Origin: Clostridia bacterium
GTDB lineage: Bacteria; Bacillota; Clostridia; UBA1212
Length of the DNA: 64,000 nucleotides
Direction of reading: 5' to 3'
NCBI GenBank assembly: GCA_045544575.1
Contig: JAZPZG010000081.1
Location: 578 to 64,577, forward strand
The notes beneath the pieces are model-generated. The model ran no database searches, had not been told where the DNA came from, and worked only from the letters and a program-made list of their open reading frames with translations. A program made the translations under genes and the position numbers. Numbering within the stretch: the stretch's first letter is position 1; each line of letters starts with the position of its first letter. Below are positions 19,362 through 28,407 of the stretch, one piece after another.

Positions 19362-19410
19362 AGCGGGGGGGCAGTTGTTGTTAAACTGTCTCCCGCTTTG
19401 TTGTTTTTTG
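19362..19410 (+). terminator. Rho-independent terminator
   Basis: Imperfect stem AGCGGGGGGGCAG...CTGTCTCCCGCT followed by TTGTTGTTTTTTG. Confidence 0.55.
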
Positions 19411-19447
19411 TGATAATTTACTTGTAAAATTTGGAGGATGTCTGCTG

Positions 19448-19476
19448 TTGACCTTGCGGGCAATTTGTTGTAGAAT
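19448..19476 (+). promoter_or_regulatory. Sigma-A-type promoter (TTGACC, 17-nt spacer, TAGAAT) for the sortase operon
   Basis: -35 at 19448-19453 and -10 at 19471-19476. RBS AGAGGAGG precedes the ATG at 19505. Confidence 0.55.
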
Positions 19477-19504
19477 ATACTTTGACAGAAAGAGGAGGAT
19501 TGCG

Positions 19505-20494
19505 ATGGCACAGTCAAAGAGTTTTTATTATTCAAAAAAGAATACAAAGCCGTTCTGTGTACCGGAACAATATTCCCGTTATGTCAAAAATAACGAAAAA
19601 AGGCAAACGCAGGAACGCCGGATAAAAAAGAATGATAATAAAAAAGATAAGGGCTTTAATACCAATTCTCTTATCCGTGCGATAGCTTTTGTTGTTATGG
19701 CAGTTTCTTTGCTTGTTATTGTTGATCGGAGCAATGATTATTTGCGTGATATCGAATTCAATAAGACAAATAACGAAAAGTTTGAAATAAATTCACAGCC
19801 TAATGAACTCCTTTCAAAGAGAGAGCCGCCCTTATATCCCGTGCTTCCCGAGGGAAACGTGACAAGGCTTGATTATCCGGATATTTTTGATCCGGAAAGT
19901 ATTGCACAGTTCAGCATTGCGTACAAGGATTTTAGATTTTACATCTATATGCCGATGAAGCGCTCTACTATTAAATATCCTGTTTTTCAGTCTGATGACA
20001 ATGAGTATTATTTAAAGAGAAATTACGATGGAGAGCCGAATTTATCGGGAACTCTTTACCTTGATTATCGTAATGATTTTGAAACACTGAGACAGGACGA
20101 TATGTGGGGAACTCTTCACAGAAACAATATTGTATACGGTCATAATATGCAAAACGGTACTATGTTCGGTACTTTGAAGGAATATGCCGACAGAGAGTTT
20201 TTTAACAGCAATAATATGATTTATACTTATTCAGCTACAGAGGTTACTGCCTGGAAGATTTTTTCTGCATACGAAACTACCACTGAAAATTACTACATCG
20301 ATACCACCTTCGGCTCTGAGGCCGAGTACGTTTCATTCTTAAATAAATTAAAAAACGACTCGTTGCACCCGTCTGACGTTGCTCTTGATGCTTCAAGCGA
20401 TATCTTGACTTTATCAACGTGTCATAAATATGACGACCCCCGCGGCAGGTTTGTTATTCATGCGGTAAAGATTGCAAGAGCGCCGCTTGTGTAG
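19505..20494 (+). CDS. srtB: Class B sortase
   Basis: N-terminal transmembrane anchor. NNIVYGHNMQNGTMFGTLKEYADREFF aligns with the S. aureus SrtB His region (NTVIYGHHVGDNTMFDVLEDYL). Catalytic Cys in ILTLSTCH and Arg in RFVIHAVKI. Start placed at MAQSKSF by RBS position. Confidence 0.85.
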   Translation: MAQSKSFYYSKKNTKPFCVPEQYSRYVKNNEKRQTQERRIKKNDNKKDKGFNTNSLIRAIAFVVMAVSLLVIVDRSNDYLRDIEFNKTNNEKFEINSQPNELLSKREPPLYPVLPEGNVTRLDYPDIFDPESIAQFSIAYKDFRFYIYMPMKRSTIKYPVFQSDDNEYYLKRNYDGEPNLSGTLYLDYRNDFETLRQDDMWGTLHRNNIVYGHNMQNGTMFGTLKEYADREFFNSNNMIYTYSATEVTAWKIFSAYETTTENYYIDTTFGSEAEYVSFLNKLKNDSLHPSDVALDASSDILTLSTCHKYDDPRGRFVIHAVKIARAPLV

Positions 20495-20519
20495 GTATTT
20501 AAGCAGGAGATGATTTTTT

Positions 20520-21545
20520 ATGAGGATTATAAAAGACGACAATACCTACGGCTCTTTTTCTCTTTCCAATTTGTTTGTGACGGAGTATCTTACGGGACTT
20601 AGCGGCGATGCCGTAAAGCTGTATATTTACTTTGGTTATTTGCATGAGAACAGAAAAGACACTTCGGAGAGTGCGTTGCTGAATGTTTTGCAGTTTTCAG
20701 CGGAACGGTTAAAAAATGCAGTGTCAGAGCTTACCGAAAGAGAACTTATAGCTTTTGAAAACGGAACCCTTATTCTATCTGACGTAACTGAGCTTAAGCT
20801 TAAAAAAAGATACGGAAGCATTAGTACTTCGGGATGTACGTTAAGCAGTGAAAACAATTCGGAGCTTGATGAGGTCATAAGGACCGTACAATGTGAATAT
20901 TTCGGCGGCAAAATGACTCGCAAGTGGTACGAGCTTATAAGGTCTTTGGGCGCGAAGCTTGATCCGGAGGTTATATTGCTGTTATTTCAGCACTGCGAGC
21001 AGTATTGTGAAAAGCCGTTGAAAAAGGCATACGTAGAAAAGGTTGCCGAGAATTGGCAAGCGGAGAATATTAAGAGCGCCAAGGATCTTCAGGAATATTT
21101 AGACGTACGAGCGAAACTGGGAAGGTTTGTTGATTTTATCCGAAAAAAGATGAATCGAAACGCTCCGTTTATGGACAGCGAGATTTCCGTAATGCGTAAA
21201 TGGCTTCTTGATTATGGTTATGGGGAAGATGAGCTTTCCGTTGTGCTTGATTGGACAAGATTTAACAATCCCACCATAGGCGCTTTTGATAAGCTTATCA
21301 CAACATGGCACGGTTTGGGATTGAAAAATGCTGCGGAGATAAAAGATTATCTTGAAAAAAATAAAAAAACCTCAGGAAGTGACAAAAAGGCGACTTCCGG
21401 TAAAAGCGATAAAACAGGCTTTACAAGTCCTGTCGGTAATTTTACGCAACGTGAATATTCTGATGATTTTTTTACCGCGCTTACTGAGGGAAGACCGTAT
21501 AAGAAAACTGAGGACAATAAGGAAGAATATACGGAGGGTACGTAA
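20520..21545 (+). CDS. DnaD-domain replication initiation/membrane attachment protein (B. subtilis DnaB-like)
   Basis: N-terminal winged-helix DDBH1-like region and two DDBH2-like repeats with YxxxIxxxW-type motifs (KWYELIRSL...; MRKWLLDYGY...ITTWHGLGLK). Confidence 0.6.
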   Translation: MRIIKDDNTYGSFSLSNLFVTEYLTGLSGDAVKLYIYFGYLHENRKDTSESALLNVLQFSAERLKNAVSELTERELIAFENGTLILSDVTELKLKKRYGSISTSGCTLSSENNSELDEVIRTVQCEYFGGKMTRKWYELIRSLGAKLDPEVILLLFQHCEQYCEKPLKKAYVEKVAENWQAENIKSAKDLQEYLDVRAKLGRFVDFIRKKMNRNAPFMDSEISVMRKWLLDYGYGEDELSVVLDWTRFNNPTIGAFDKLITTWHGLGLKNAAEIKDYLEKNKKTSGSDKKATSGKSDKTGFTSPVGNFTQREYSDDFFTALTEGRPYKKTEDNKEEYTEGT

Positions 21546-21548
21546 TTT

Positions 21549-22559
21549 ATGAAAGACAGTATTGACGTTCAAAGAGAGGTCGCATCCGTATTATCGGCCA
21601 GAAGAATTAAGGCGGCGAGCGTTGCCGCAGAAAGATTTTCTGAGGTCTGCGAGAAAATACCGGAATACAGCGATGCGGATGAAGCCGTAAAACGTATAGG
21701 CGTACGCCTCGGCAGACTTGCAATTGAGGGTGGTAAAGGCAGTGAAAAGTATTCATTGATTCAACAGGAGCTTTCGAAAAAGTCAGAGGAGAGAAAGGCG
21801 CTTCTTGTGAGCGGAGGATTTGCCCCTGACTTTTTGGAAAACGTTTATACCTGCCCTTTGTGCAAGGATACGGGAGAAAGAAAGGAAGACGGTTTGCAGA
21901 GCAGTATCTGTAGCTGTTATATGAAGCTTTACACCGAAAAGCTTCAAAAAGAATCAAACGTTGCATCAAACGTTGGCTTTGAAGCGTTCCTTTTAAAGTA
22001 TTACAGCAAGGACACTTCTACCGGAAATGCTTCGCCGTTTGACAAGGCGGCTTTAGCACTTGCAAAAGCAAAGCACTTTGTCGAGACTTTTGGGACAGAT
22101 GATGCAAAAGATATTTTATTTACGGGCGGGCCGGGCGTAGGAAAATCATTTTTGTGCAGTTGTATTGCAAATGAGCTTATGAAAAAAGGTGTTCCCGTGC
22201 TTTATATATCATCTGCAGAATTGTTTGATACTCTTACTTACTATGGTAAGGACGAGGAACGCAACTCGAAACGTGAGCTTCTTGAAAAGATTTCGACAAG
22301 CGTTGATTTGCTTATATTAGACGACCTTGGTGCTGAAAAGCAATCCGCGGCACGTTACGGTATACTGCTTGACGTATTAAACCGCAGGGCCGCAAATAAG
22401 AATAAAAGAACGGTTATCTCTGCCAATCTTTCTCTCCAAAAGCTTAAGAACGTTTACTACGACGAGCGTGTTTTTTCAAGGCTTGTGTCGTTTGAGATTT
22501 GCGAGCTTACGGGTGACGATATCAGGATAATTAAGAAATTTGAAAATGCAGGTGTATGA
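21549..22559 (+). CDS. dnaI: Primosomal helicase loader DnaI/DnaC-like AAA+ ATPase
   Basis: N-terminal Zn-binding Cys cluster (CPLCKDTGER...CSCY), Walker A FTGGPGVGKSF and Walker B LLILDDLGAE. The start is 3 nt after the upstream gene's stop. Confidence 0.75.
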   Translation: MKDSIDVQREVASVLSARRIKAASVAAERFSEVCEKIPEYSDADEAVKRIGVRLGRLAIEGGKGSEKYSLIQQELSKKSEERKALLVSGGFAPDFLENVYTCPLCKDTGERKEDGLQSSICSCYMKLYTEKLQKESNVASNVGFEAFLLKYYSKDTSTGNASPFDKAALALAKAKHFVETFGTDDAKDILFTGGPGVGKSFLCSCIANELMKKGVPVLYISSAELFDTLTYYGKDEERNSKRELLEKISTSVDLLILDDLGAEKQSAARYGILLDVLNRRAANKNKRTVISANLSLQKLKNVYYDERVFSRLVSFEICELTGDDIRIIKKFENAGV

Positions 22560-22562
22560 TTT

Positions 22563-23123
22563 ATGAAAAAAAGTATTTTTTTAGTTTTAATTACTGTTTT
22601 TGTTGCAATAATGGGTTGTGTAAGCATTAATGCGGCAACCGTCAGAATTGACGACGACCCGTGGGATACGGCAGCCGCAAATAACAATATTGCCGCCTTT
22701 GAATGTGTTGCAACAAACGTTGCGGCATACCAGTGGTACATGGTAAAAGCAGGTGATGATCCGTTAAATACCGATTCTCATGTTTTGTTAGAGGACGGCG
22801 CGATTAAAAACGGAGATTTGTCTCTAAACGGTGTAAATTCTTCGATTCTTGTAGTTCCCGCCTTTGAGGAAACCGACGGTTGCTACTTTATATGCAAAGT
22901 AAAAGGAAATGACGGAACCGAGCTTACGTCTCTTGCTGCACAGTTAACTGTAAATTACGGTGGTTCAGGTTCATCAAATAATAACCCCGGTGCGGGAGAC
23001 GGAACGTCTAACGACAATAATACTGTTACACCGGAGAAAAAGGGCTGCGGAAGTGTTGTTTCCGGTTTCTCTGCCGTTGCAGTTCTTTTGTGCACGGCAT
23101 TAATTCTTAAAAGAAAGTCATAA
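22563..23123 (+). CDS. Small secreted protein with C-terminal GCGS/TM/KRKS anchor signal
   Basis: Signal peptide MKKSIFLVLITVFVAIMGCVSINAATV. Gly/Ser/Asn-rich stalk. C-terminus ...PEKKGCGSVVSGFSAVAVLLCTALILKRKS. The start is 3 nt after the dnaI-like stop. Confidence 0.55.
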   Translation: MKKSIFLVLITVFVAIMGCVSINAATVRIDDDPWDTAAANNNIAAFECVATNVAAYQWYMVKAGDDPLNTDSHVLLEDGAIKNGDLSLNGVNSSILVVPAFEETDGCYFICKVKGNDGTELTSLAAQLTVNYGGSGSSNNNPGAGDGTSNDNNTVTPEKKGCGSVVSGFSAVAVLLCTALILKRKS

Positions 23124-23143
23124 AACGTTATAAAAAATAACAG

Positions 23144-23183
23144 ATTCGCCCGCAAAGGAAAATCCTCTGCGGGCGAATTTTAT
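23144..23183. terminator. Bidirectional rho-independent terminator (perfect 11-bp stem)
   Basis: ATTCGCCCGCA...TGCGGGCGAAT with T/A runs on both sides, between convergent genes. Confidence 0.7.
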
Positions 23184-23200
23184 TATACATATTTATTAAT

Positions 23201-24862
23201 TTACACCGTTTTACCTCTGTATATGTACGCAAGGCGGCCAAGCGGTGCACAGTCACCGTCCTCGTAGAATTGGTCAACCTTTTCGTATTCTTTTGTGCTG
23301 TCGGCTGCTTTAAACCAAAACTCAAATGTTTCGCTTTCAGCGGTGTTTATATTGAGAATGGAAAGCGGCAACGTTACGGTAAGCGTATTTCCCTTTATTT
23401 CCATAGGAACACGGGCGATTTCCTTTACGTTATTAAGGTCGTCGCAGGGGCGCTCTGTGGAATTGTCAGCCGGTGCACGGGTGATTGCATAAACACCTGT
23501 GGTATTGTTTTCAAAATCCGGCTTCTTGTTTATTACAAAGTCAAATCCGGGTGCCGCTCCGTTTGAAACGTAGATGCTCATGAAGCTTCCGCGGCTGTCC
23601 TTTACGATATCTTTCTTTGCGGTGATTGTAAAGGTGACGGTTTCTTTTGTATGGCTGACGGAAATACTTTTAATGGCATTGCGCTGTGTATAGTTCGTGT
23701 AACGGTCTATCTGTCCCATGGCATCGCGCGGAATATCTCCGTCGCTGAAGTTTTCATATACCTCCGTTTTTTCGCATGGATTTGTTTCACAAGGCAGAGA
23801 ACCTTTGTACCTGCGGACGTAAGAGACCATTTGCATATAGTAGTTGTCAAAGTATCCGCCGCGCATCATTTCAACGTCTCTGCTGTATTCGTGATTTGCA
23901 CAATCAACAAACATTATAGGTCTGTTTTCGGGTCCGGGCCATCTGCCTGCTATCCATTCGTTCCAGCCTGTGATAAGCATTATCGGAGGGGCTGTTTCAA
24001 GTGCACGTTCAAATTGTTCTGCAAAATTGTAGCCGTGGATATAGGCGTTCGGAGAAGGGTCGTTTGCACCGTTGTGAAAGGCTCTGCCGCAGTTTCTTGT
24101 CTCGCCGTAGAGAACGCTGTCTCCGAATCTCTCCTGCGGGTGCTGGGCAACGGACACGTTTATTACCTCGGGCTTTCCGTTAAGGTCTGCAAAGACACGC
24201 TGAGGTCTTACAAAATCCATCCACGGCCAACCACCGAGCTTGTCGGGCTCATTGGGCCACTGTGACATCTTGATATTAAAGAAGTTTCCGGTTTCCTCCG
24301 AGCATTCTTCCTTTACGGCAATGATTACGGGCTTGCCGTCCAATAAGAACCACGTATCTTCGCAGAACCGAGGTTTATAAATATTGTCGTATATTTCCTG
24401 TACGGTTTCACCTGAACGTGTATTCGTGTAGAACATGACCTTGGGGATATCAAATCCGTCGTCATGATACTCCTGTAATACTTTCATTACGATTTCAACT
24501 TTGTCTTTATATATAAGAGCATTCGTGGTGTCAAAGAAAAGAAAGTCAATGCCGGCTTCCGTGATAAGCTTCATGTGCTTTCTTACGACCCATTCGTCTC
24601 CCTGCGAGTAGTAGCCGTAAAACGGTTCTCCCCAAAAGTGATATTCACCTACACCGCCCCATACGTCAGAGTCAGGCTTGTAGCCTGCTTCGGGATCTTT
24701 AGCGGTTATTTCCGAGACGTTGTAGATTTTGCGGTTGTTATTTTCAAGCCACAGAAAGTAAAAAAGCCCTGTCAGTCTGTCTGAACGCAAGGTTGATGCT
24801 CTCTCGGGGGAAGGAATCTTTCGCCCAAGTGAGTCGATTGCAATAAGCGGTCTGTTTTTCAT
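23201..24862 (-). CDS. Putative cytoplasmic glycoside-hydrolase-like TIM-barrel protein (family uncertain)
   Basis: 553 aa with no signal peptide and an aromatic-rich composition (YHFWGEPFYGYY, ITGWNEWIAGRW) typical of carbohydrate-active enzymes. No definite family motif recognised. Confidence 0.3.
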   Translation of the reverse strand: MKNRPLIAIDSLGRKIPSPERASTLRSDRLTGLFYFLWLENNNRKIYNVSEITAKDPEAGYKPDSDVWGGVGEYHFWGEPFYGYYSQGDEWVVRKHMKLITEAGIDFLFFDTTNALIYKDKVEIVMKVLQEYHDDGFDIPKVMFYTNTRSGETVQEIYDNIYKPRFCEDTWFLLDGKPVIIAVKEECSEETGNFFNIKMSQWPNEPDKLGGWPWMDFVRPQRVFADLNGKPEVINVSVAQHPQERFGDSVLYGETRNCGRAFHNGANDPSPNAYIHGYNFAEQFERALETAPPIMLITGWNEWIAGRWPGPENRPIMFVDCANHEYSRDVEMMRGGYFDNYYMQMVSYVRRYKGSLPCETNPCEKTEVYENFSDGDIPRDAMGQIDRYTNYTQRNAIKSISVSHTKETVTFTITAKKDIVKDSRGSFMSIYVSNGAAPGFDFVINKKPDFENNTTGVYAITRAPADNSTERPCDDLNNVKEIARVPMEIKGNTLTVTLPLSILNINTAESETFEFWFKAADSTKEYEKVDQFYEDGDCAPLGRLAYIYRGKTV

Positions 24863-25010
24863 AAAAAATTACCTCTTCCGTAATATTTTGTTTTCGTTGC
24901 TTTAATTTTACATTCTGAGTGGGACAAAAGCAAGCATATTATTATTTTTATTGTAAAGAATAATAAAACACATGAACAACTTTATTTGCACGCAGGGGAG
25001 GAATTTTACC

Positions 25011-25496
25011 ATGGTTCGTATTGCCGAAACAAAGGGAATACCCGTAATATGTATGAGGGATGCTTCGAGAATAGGGTATATCGATTCGCCCGTATATGAC
25101 AGTGACGGCTTTGTAATAGGTTTTTTTGCGGATATTAAGGGAGCTGTTTTCGGTAAAAGGTATATAGCACTTGCCGATATATTAAAAATTGACAACAGAT
25201 CTTGCAGTATATACAGCGAAAGAAGCATAAAAAAGAAACGCGCTGCCAAAAAAGGTAAAACCGATTGTAAGCAAGCACGTTATCTTGGAAAACGAGCTAT
25301 GAAGTGCGGCGGAGAGGGTTTAGGTGTCGTTTCCGATCTTTTATTTAATACCGAAACCGGGGAAATAGAGGGTCTGGAGCTTTCTTGCGGTGTTTTTGAG
25401 GATATATCACACGGAAGAAGAGCGCTGCTTCTTCGTGACTGTGCAGAGATTGGGGAGGACAGCATTATCGTAGGGAGAGAGGCATCGATGCTATGA
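25011..25496 (+). CDS. PRC-barrel domain protein (YlmC/YmxH-like, sporulation-associated)
   Basis: Two PRC-barrel-like segments (MVRIAETKGIPVICMRDASRIGYIDSPVYD...; GLGVVSDLLFNTETGEIEGLEL). Start at MVRIAE, preceded by AGGGGAGG. Confidence 0.55.
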   Translation: MVRIAETKGIPVICMRDASRIGYIDSPVYDSDGFVIGFFADIKGAVFGKRYIALADILKIDNRSCSIYSERSIKKKRAAKKGKTDCKQARYLGKRAMKCGGEGLGVVSDLLFNTETGEIEGLELSCGVFEDISHGRRALLLRDCAEIGEDSIIVGREASML

Positions 25497-26515
25497 AGCA
25501 GAGTGCCTTTTCAGGCCTTGCACACATAATTCTTTCAATAGTATTAGGTGCAATTTTGTTTTATATGTTAGACCCCTTGATAACCTTGATGGAGAAGCGC
25601 CAAGGCGTGAAGAGGGGCGTAGCCATAGGTGTGATTTTCGCGGTAATGCTTACGGTTGTAGTAGGTGTTATCGTTTTTGCCGTGCCTGCCGTAAAATATG
25701 ACGTTGCTTCCTTTTCAAATCGTATGCCCGAGATTTCAAAAAAGACGGATGAGGTTACGGAAACTTTGTTTAACTCGATGTTCGGTGAGGGAACTAAAGG
25801 CGGATTGCGTTTGCATTTTGAAGGACTGCTTGCAAAAGCAAAAGGCGAGGTTACGGAGACGGTAAATCAAATTGCCGAAAATGCTGCAACTATTTACAAA
25901 AATGTGGCAAGTGTTTTCGTGGACGTAGTTACAGGGTTTATATTCGCCTATTATTTTATAAAGGATAAGGTAAGCATTGAAAGAAAGCTGTTAGGTATTT
26001 TTCCTTACAAACGTCAGAACGATATAATTCGTGTCAGCAGGGAAATAGGCATGATTATTTCCTCTTTTATACGCGGACAGTTTTGTGTTGCGATAATTGT
26101 AGGTATTATTGAGACAATCGGTTTAAGTATTATAGGTCTTCCCGCACCGTGGCTCTTTGGGATAATAGGCGGAGTGTCAAATCTGATTCCTTATATAGGT
26201 CCTGTGATAGGTGCAATTCCTGCTGCCTTTGCGGCAATTCTGATATCGCCTTGGAGGGGAATCTTTACTGTTTTGCTGTTTGTTTTTGTACAACAGCTTG
26301 ATAATAATCTGATTTCTCCGAAAATAATAGAGAATCGTTTGGGTGTTCATCCCGTTGTGTCAATAATAGCAATATTTATTGGCGGTGAGCTGTGGGGACT
26401 TACAGGTATTCTTATAGCAATACCCTTGTATGCCGTGCTACGCTGCCTGATTGGTTTTGTAATAAAAGAGTTCATAAACAGAAGAACTGTGATTAAAAAG
26501 GTCGATAAAAGTTGA
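25493..26515 (+). CDS. AI-2E family transporter (YtvI/PerM-like, UPF0118)
   Basis: Eight predicted transmembrane helices and an AI-2E signature region (GIIGGVSNLIPYIGPVIGAIPAA). ATGA overlap with the PRC-barrel gene. Confidence 0.75.
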   Translation: MKQSAFSGLAHIILSIVLGAILFYMLDPLITLMEKRQGVKRGVAIGVIFAVMLTVVVGVIVFAVPAVKYDVASFSNRMPEISKKTDEVTETLFNSMFGEGTKGGLRLHFEGLLAKAKGEVTETVNQIAENAATIYKNVASVFVDVVTGFIFAYYFIKDKVSIERKLLGIFPYKRQNDIIRVSREIGMIISSFIRGQFCVAIIVGIIETIGLSIIGLPAPWLFGIIGGVSNLIPYIGPVIGAIPAAFAAILISPWRGIFTVLLFVFVQQLDNNLISPKIIENRLGVHPVVSIIAIFIGGELWGLTGILIAIPLYAVLRCLIGFVIKEFINRRTVIKKVDKS

Positions 26516-26574
26516 AATGGCAGAGGTTGTGTGGTAAAATGTCTTTGTTATGATTTTACGGAGGTAACGCGGGT

Positions 26575-28389
26575 ATGCAAAACACGACATATGACTTTGA
26601 AGCTTTGTGCGCGGGAAATTTTAATATTTTGTCTGCACGGCCTTTCTACATACCCTACAAGTGCCGATGTGAAGCGATAGGCGGCAATAAGCGCCGAGGA
26701 GAGAGATACAAGAGTCTTAACGGCGCGTGGAATCTGAAAATGACGGAACGTTCGGGAAAAACTCCTCTGTACGTCTATGAAAGGTGCTTTGATTTACCGC
26801 AGGCATGGAAAGGCTTGCGTATTTACGTTGCAGCTGTTCCCGTTTGTCTTCCGTATTGTATTTATATTAACGATAAGCTTTGCGCTTCAAATAACGGTTC
26901 ATCATTTGGTGAATTTGAAGTTACGGAGTTTATGAAAAGCGGAGAAAATAAAGTTACCGCAGTGTTTGATTCAGAGGCGGAAAGCATTTTGCCTTTGCTG
27001 ACTTTGGTTGCACGTCCTGCAAGACATATCAGAAGTTTCGGAATAAGTGCAACTTGTTGTTCCGATAATTCTGCCTTCATAAACGTAAATGCGGAGATTG
27101 ATTGCGGAAGCATTTGTAAGGGCTCAGCGAAACTCACTGCGGAGCTTTATGATGACGAGCTTGAGCTTGTGTCATCCGATGAAACGGAAGTGCAGTGCGA
27201 AAACAGTGAACAAACGGCTGTCGTTACGGTTAAGACGGAAAATGCCGTAATTTTTTCTGCGGACAATCCATACGTATATACACTTTTATTGCTTTTCGGC
27301 GGAGAAACCTTAAGACAGACCGTAAAGCTTGACTGCTCTCAAAGCTGTGGTTGTATTTTTGAAGAACCGAAGCACGAGGAACCTCCCTTTATTGAAATGC
27401 CCGATAAGGTTTCTGTTGAAAAGGCGCACGACACTCTGCAAATAAGCTTAATAGAACCCAAAGGCGGTGTTATAGCAGTAAAAAACATATCGGATGAGGC
27501 TGTTCCCGAAAATACCGAGCTTAACTATTTCTTATATAACCAGCGAGGTCTGTACGGCAAAGGCAGTGTAATGTTGCCCTTGTGTCAACCGAACTCGGAA
27601 AGAGTTATAAAGCTTGGATACAGCTTGCCGGAAATATCTCCTTTTGAGTATTTTCTCGAGATAGAGAGTTGCTGCTGCCGTAAACTTCAGTTTAAACTAC
27701 CTGTGACTCAGACTGTTTGTGAACGCTCATACAGTGATGAAATGCCGGAAATTTATGTAACAGAGACTACGGACGGTATGCTCGATATCAAGGGTGAAAA
27801 CTTTTTTTACAGCTTTGATTTGCAAAACGGCAGCTTTACAAAGCTTACTATGGATGGTGTAAATATGCCTCTTTGCGGTGCATCTGAGTACACGTGTCCT
27901 TCTCGACTTGTAAGCAAAACCGAAAAGTATGCTGTTATTTCGGGTGCTTTTGATTGCGGAAACGGAGTTTGTTCCGTTATGTGGATGATATTCGGAAACG
28001 GGGAAATAAGTTATTCGGTGAGCGGTATCGATGATGTTTGCTGCGGGCTTAATATATTGTCGAATGACGCTTTTTCGTCCCTTTGTTGCTTTTCTTCGGA
28101 CAGTGCCGAGAATTCCTATGCGGGACTTTATAAATTGCCCGTTGATGATGTAAACAAGATAAATGAGGCACGCTGGGCTTTGCTCTGTGACGAAGACGGT
28201 AGAGGTATGCTCTTAAAGGGAATAGAACGATTCTCTGTTGAAAAAACAGGAGCTCGACTTTATAGATGTACGGCGTCTGCGGGCGGTGAAAAGTCTGATT
28301 TCTTTGTATTTTCACTGACTGTAAGACCTGTGTTTGTTGATGATGAGGATATTGTGCGTGAGGCAAGAACTTTGCCTGCCGCAATTTAA
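26575..28389 (+). CDS. Cys-rich hypothetical protein with GH2 N-terminal sugar-binding-like region
   Basis: About 30 Cys in 604 aa, many paired (CRC, CLPYC, TCC, CGSIC, CSQSCGC, CCC, CGNGVC, VCCG, LCC). No signal peptide. The N-terminal part resembles the GH2 sugar-binding domain (SLNGAWNLKM...GENKVTAVF) but no catalytic TIM barrel is evident. Confidence 0.35.
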   Translation: MQNTTYDFEALCAGNFNILSARPFYIPYKCRCEAIGGNKRRGERYKSLNGAWNLKMTERSGKTPLYVYERCFDLPQAWKGLRIYVAAVPVCLPYCIYINDKLCASNNGSSFGEFEVTEFMKSGENKVTAVFDSEAESILPLLTLVARPARHIRSFGISATCCSDNSAFINVNAEIDCGSICKGSAKLTAELYDDELELVSSDETEVQCENSEQTAVVTVKTENAVIFSADNPYVYTLLLLFGGETLRQTVKLDCSQSCGCIFEEPKHEEPPFIEMPDKVSVEKAHDTLQISLIEPKGGVIAVKNISDEAVPENTELNYFLYNQRGLYGKGSVMLPLCQPNSERVIKLGYSLPEISPFEYFLEIESCCCRKLQFKLPVTQTVCERSYSDEMPEIYVTETTDGMLDIKGENFFYSFDLQNGSFTKLTMDGVNMPLCGASEYTCPSRLVSKTEKYAVISGAFDCGNGVCSVMWMIFGNGEISYSVSGIDDVCCGLNILSNDAFSSLCCFSSDSAENSYAGLYKLPVDDVNKINEARWALLCDEDGRGMLLKGIERFSVEKTGARLYRCTASAGGEKSDFFVFSLTVRPVFVDDEDIVREARTLPAAI

Positions 28390-28407
28390 CCCACGGAGGC
28401 TGAAATT

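Noticed and set aside
20520-22559. DnaD-like plus DnaC/IstB-like ATPase pair as a prophage or IS replication module
   Set aside because: No integrase, transposase, terminal inverted repeats or other phage genes are nearby. The domain layout (DDBH1 plus two DDBH2 repeats, then a Zn-finger plus AAA+ loader) matches the chromosomal dnaB/dnaI pair of Firmicutes. Kept as a core replication gene pair, although its linkage to a sortase is odd.
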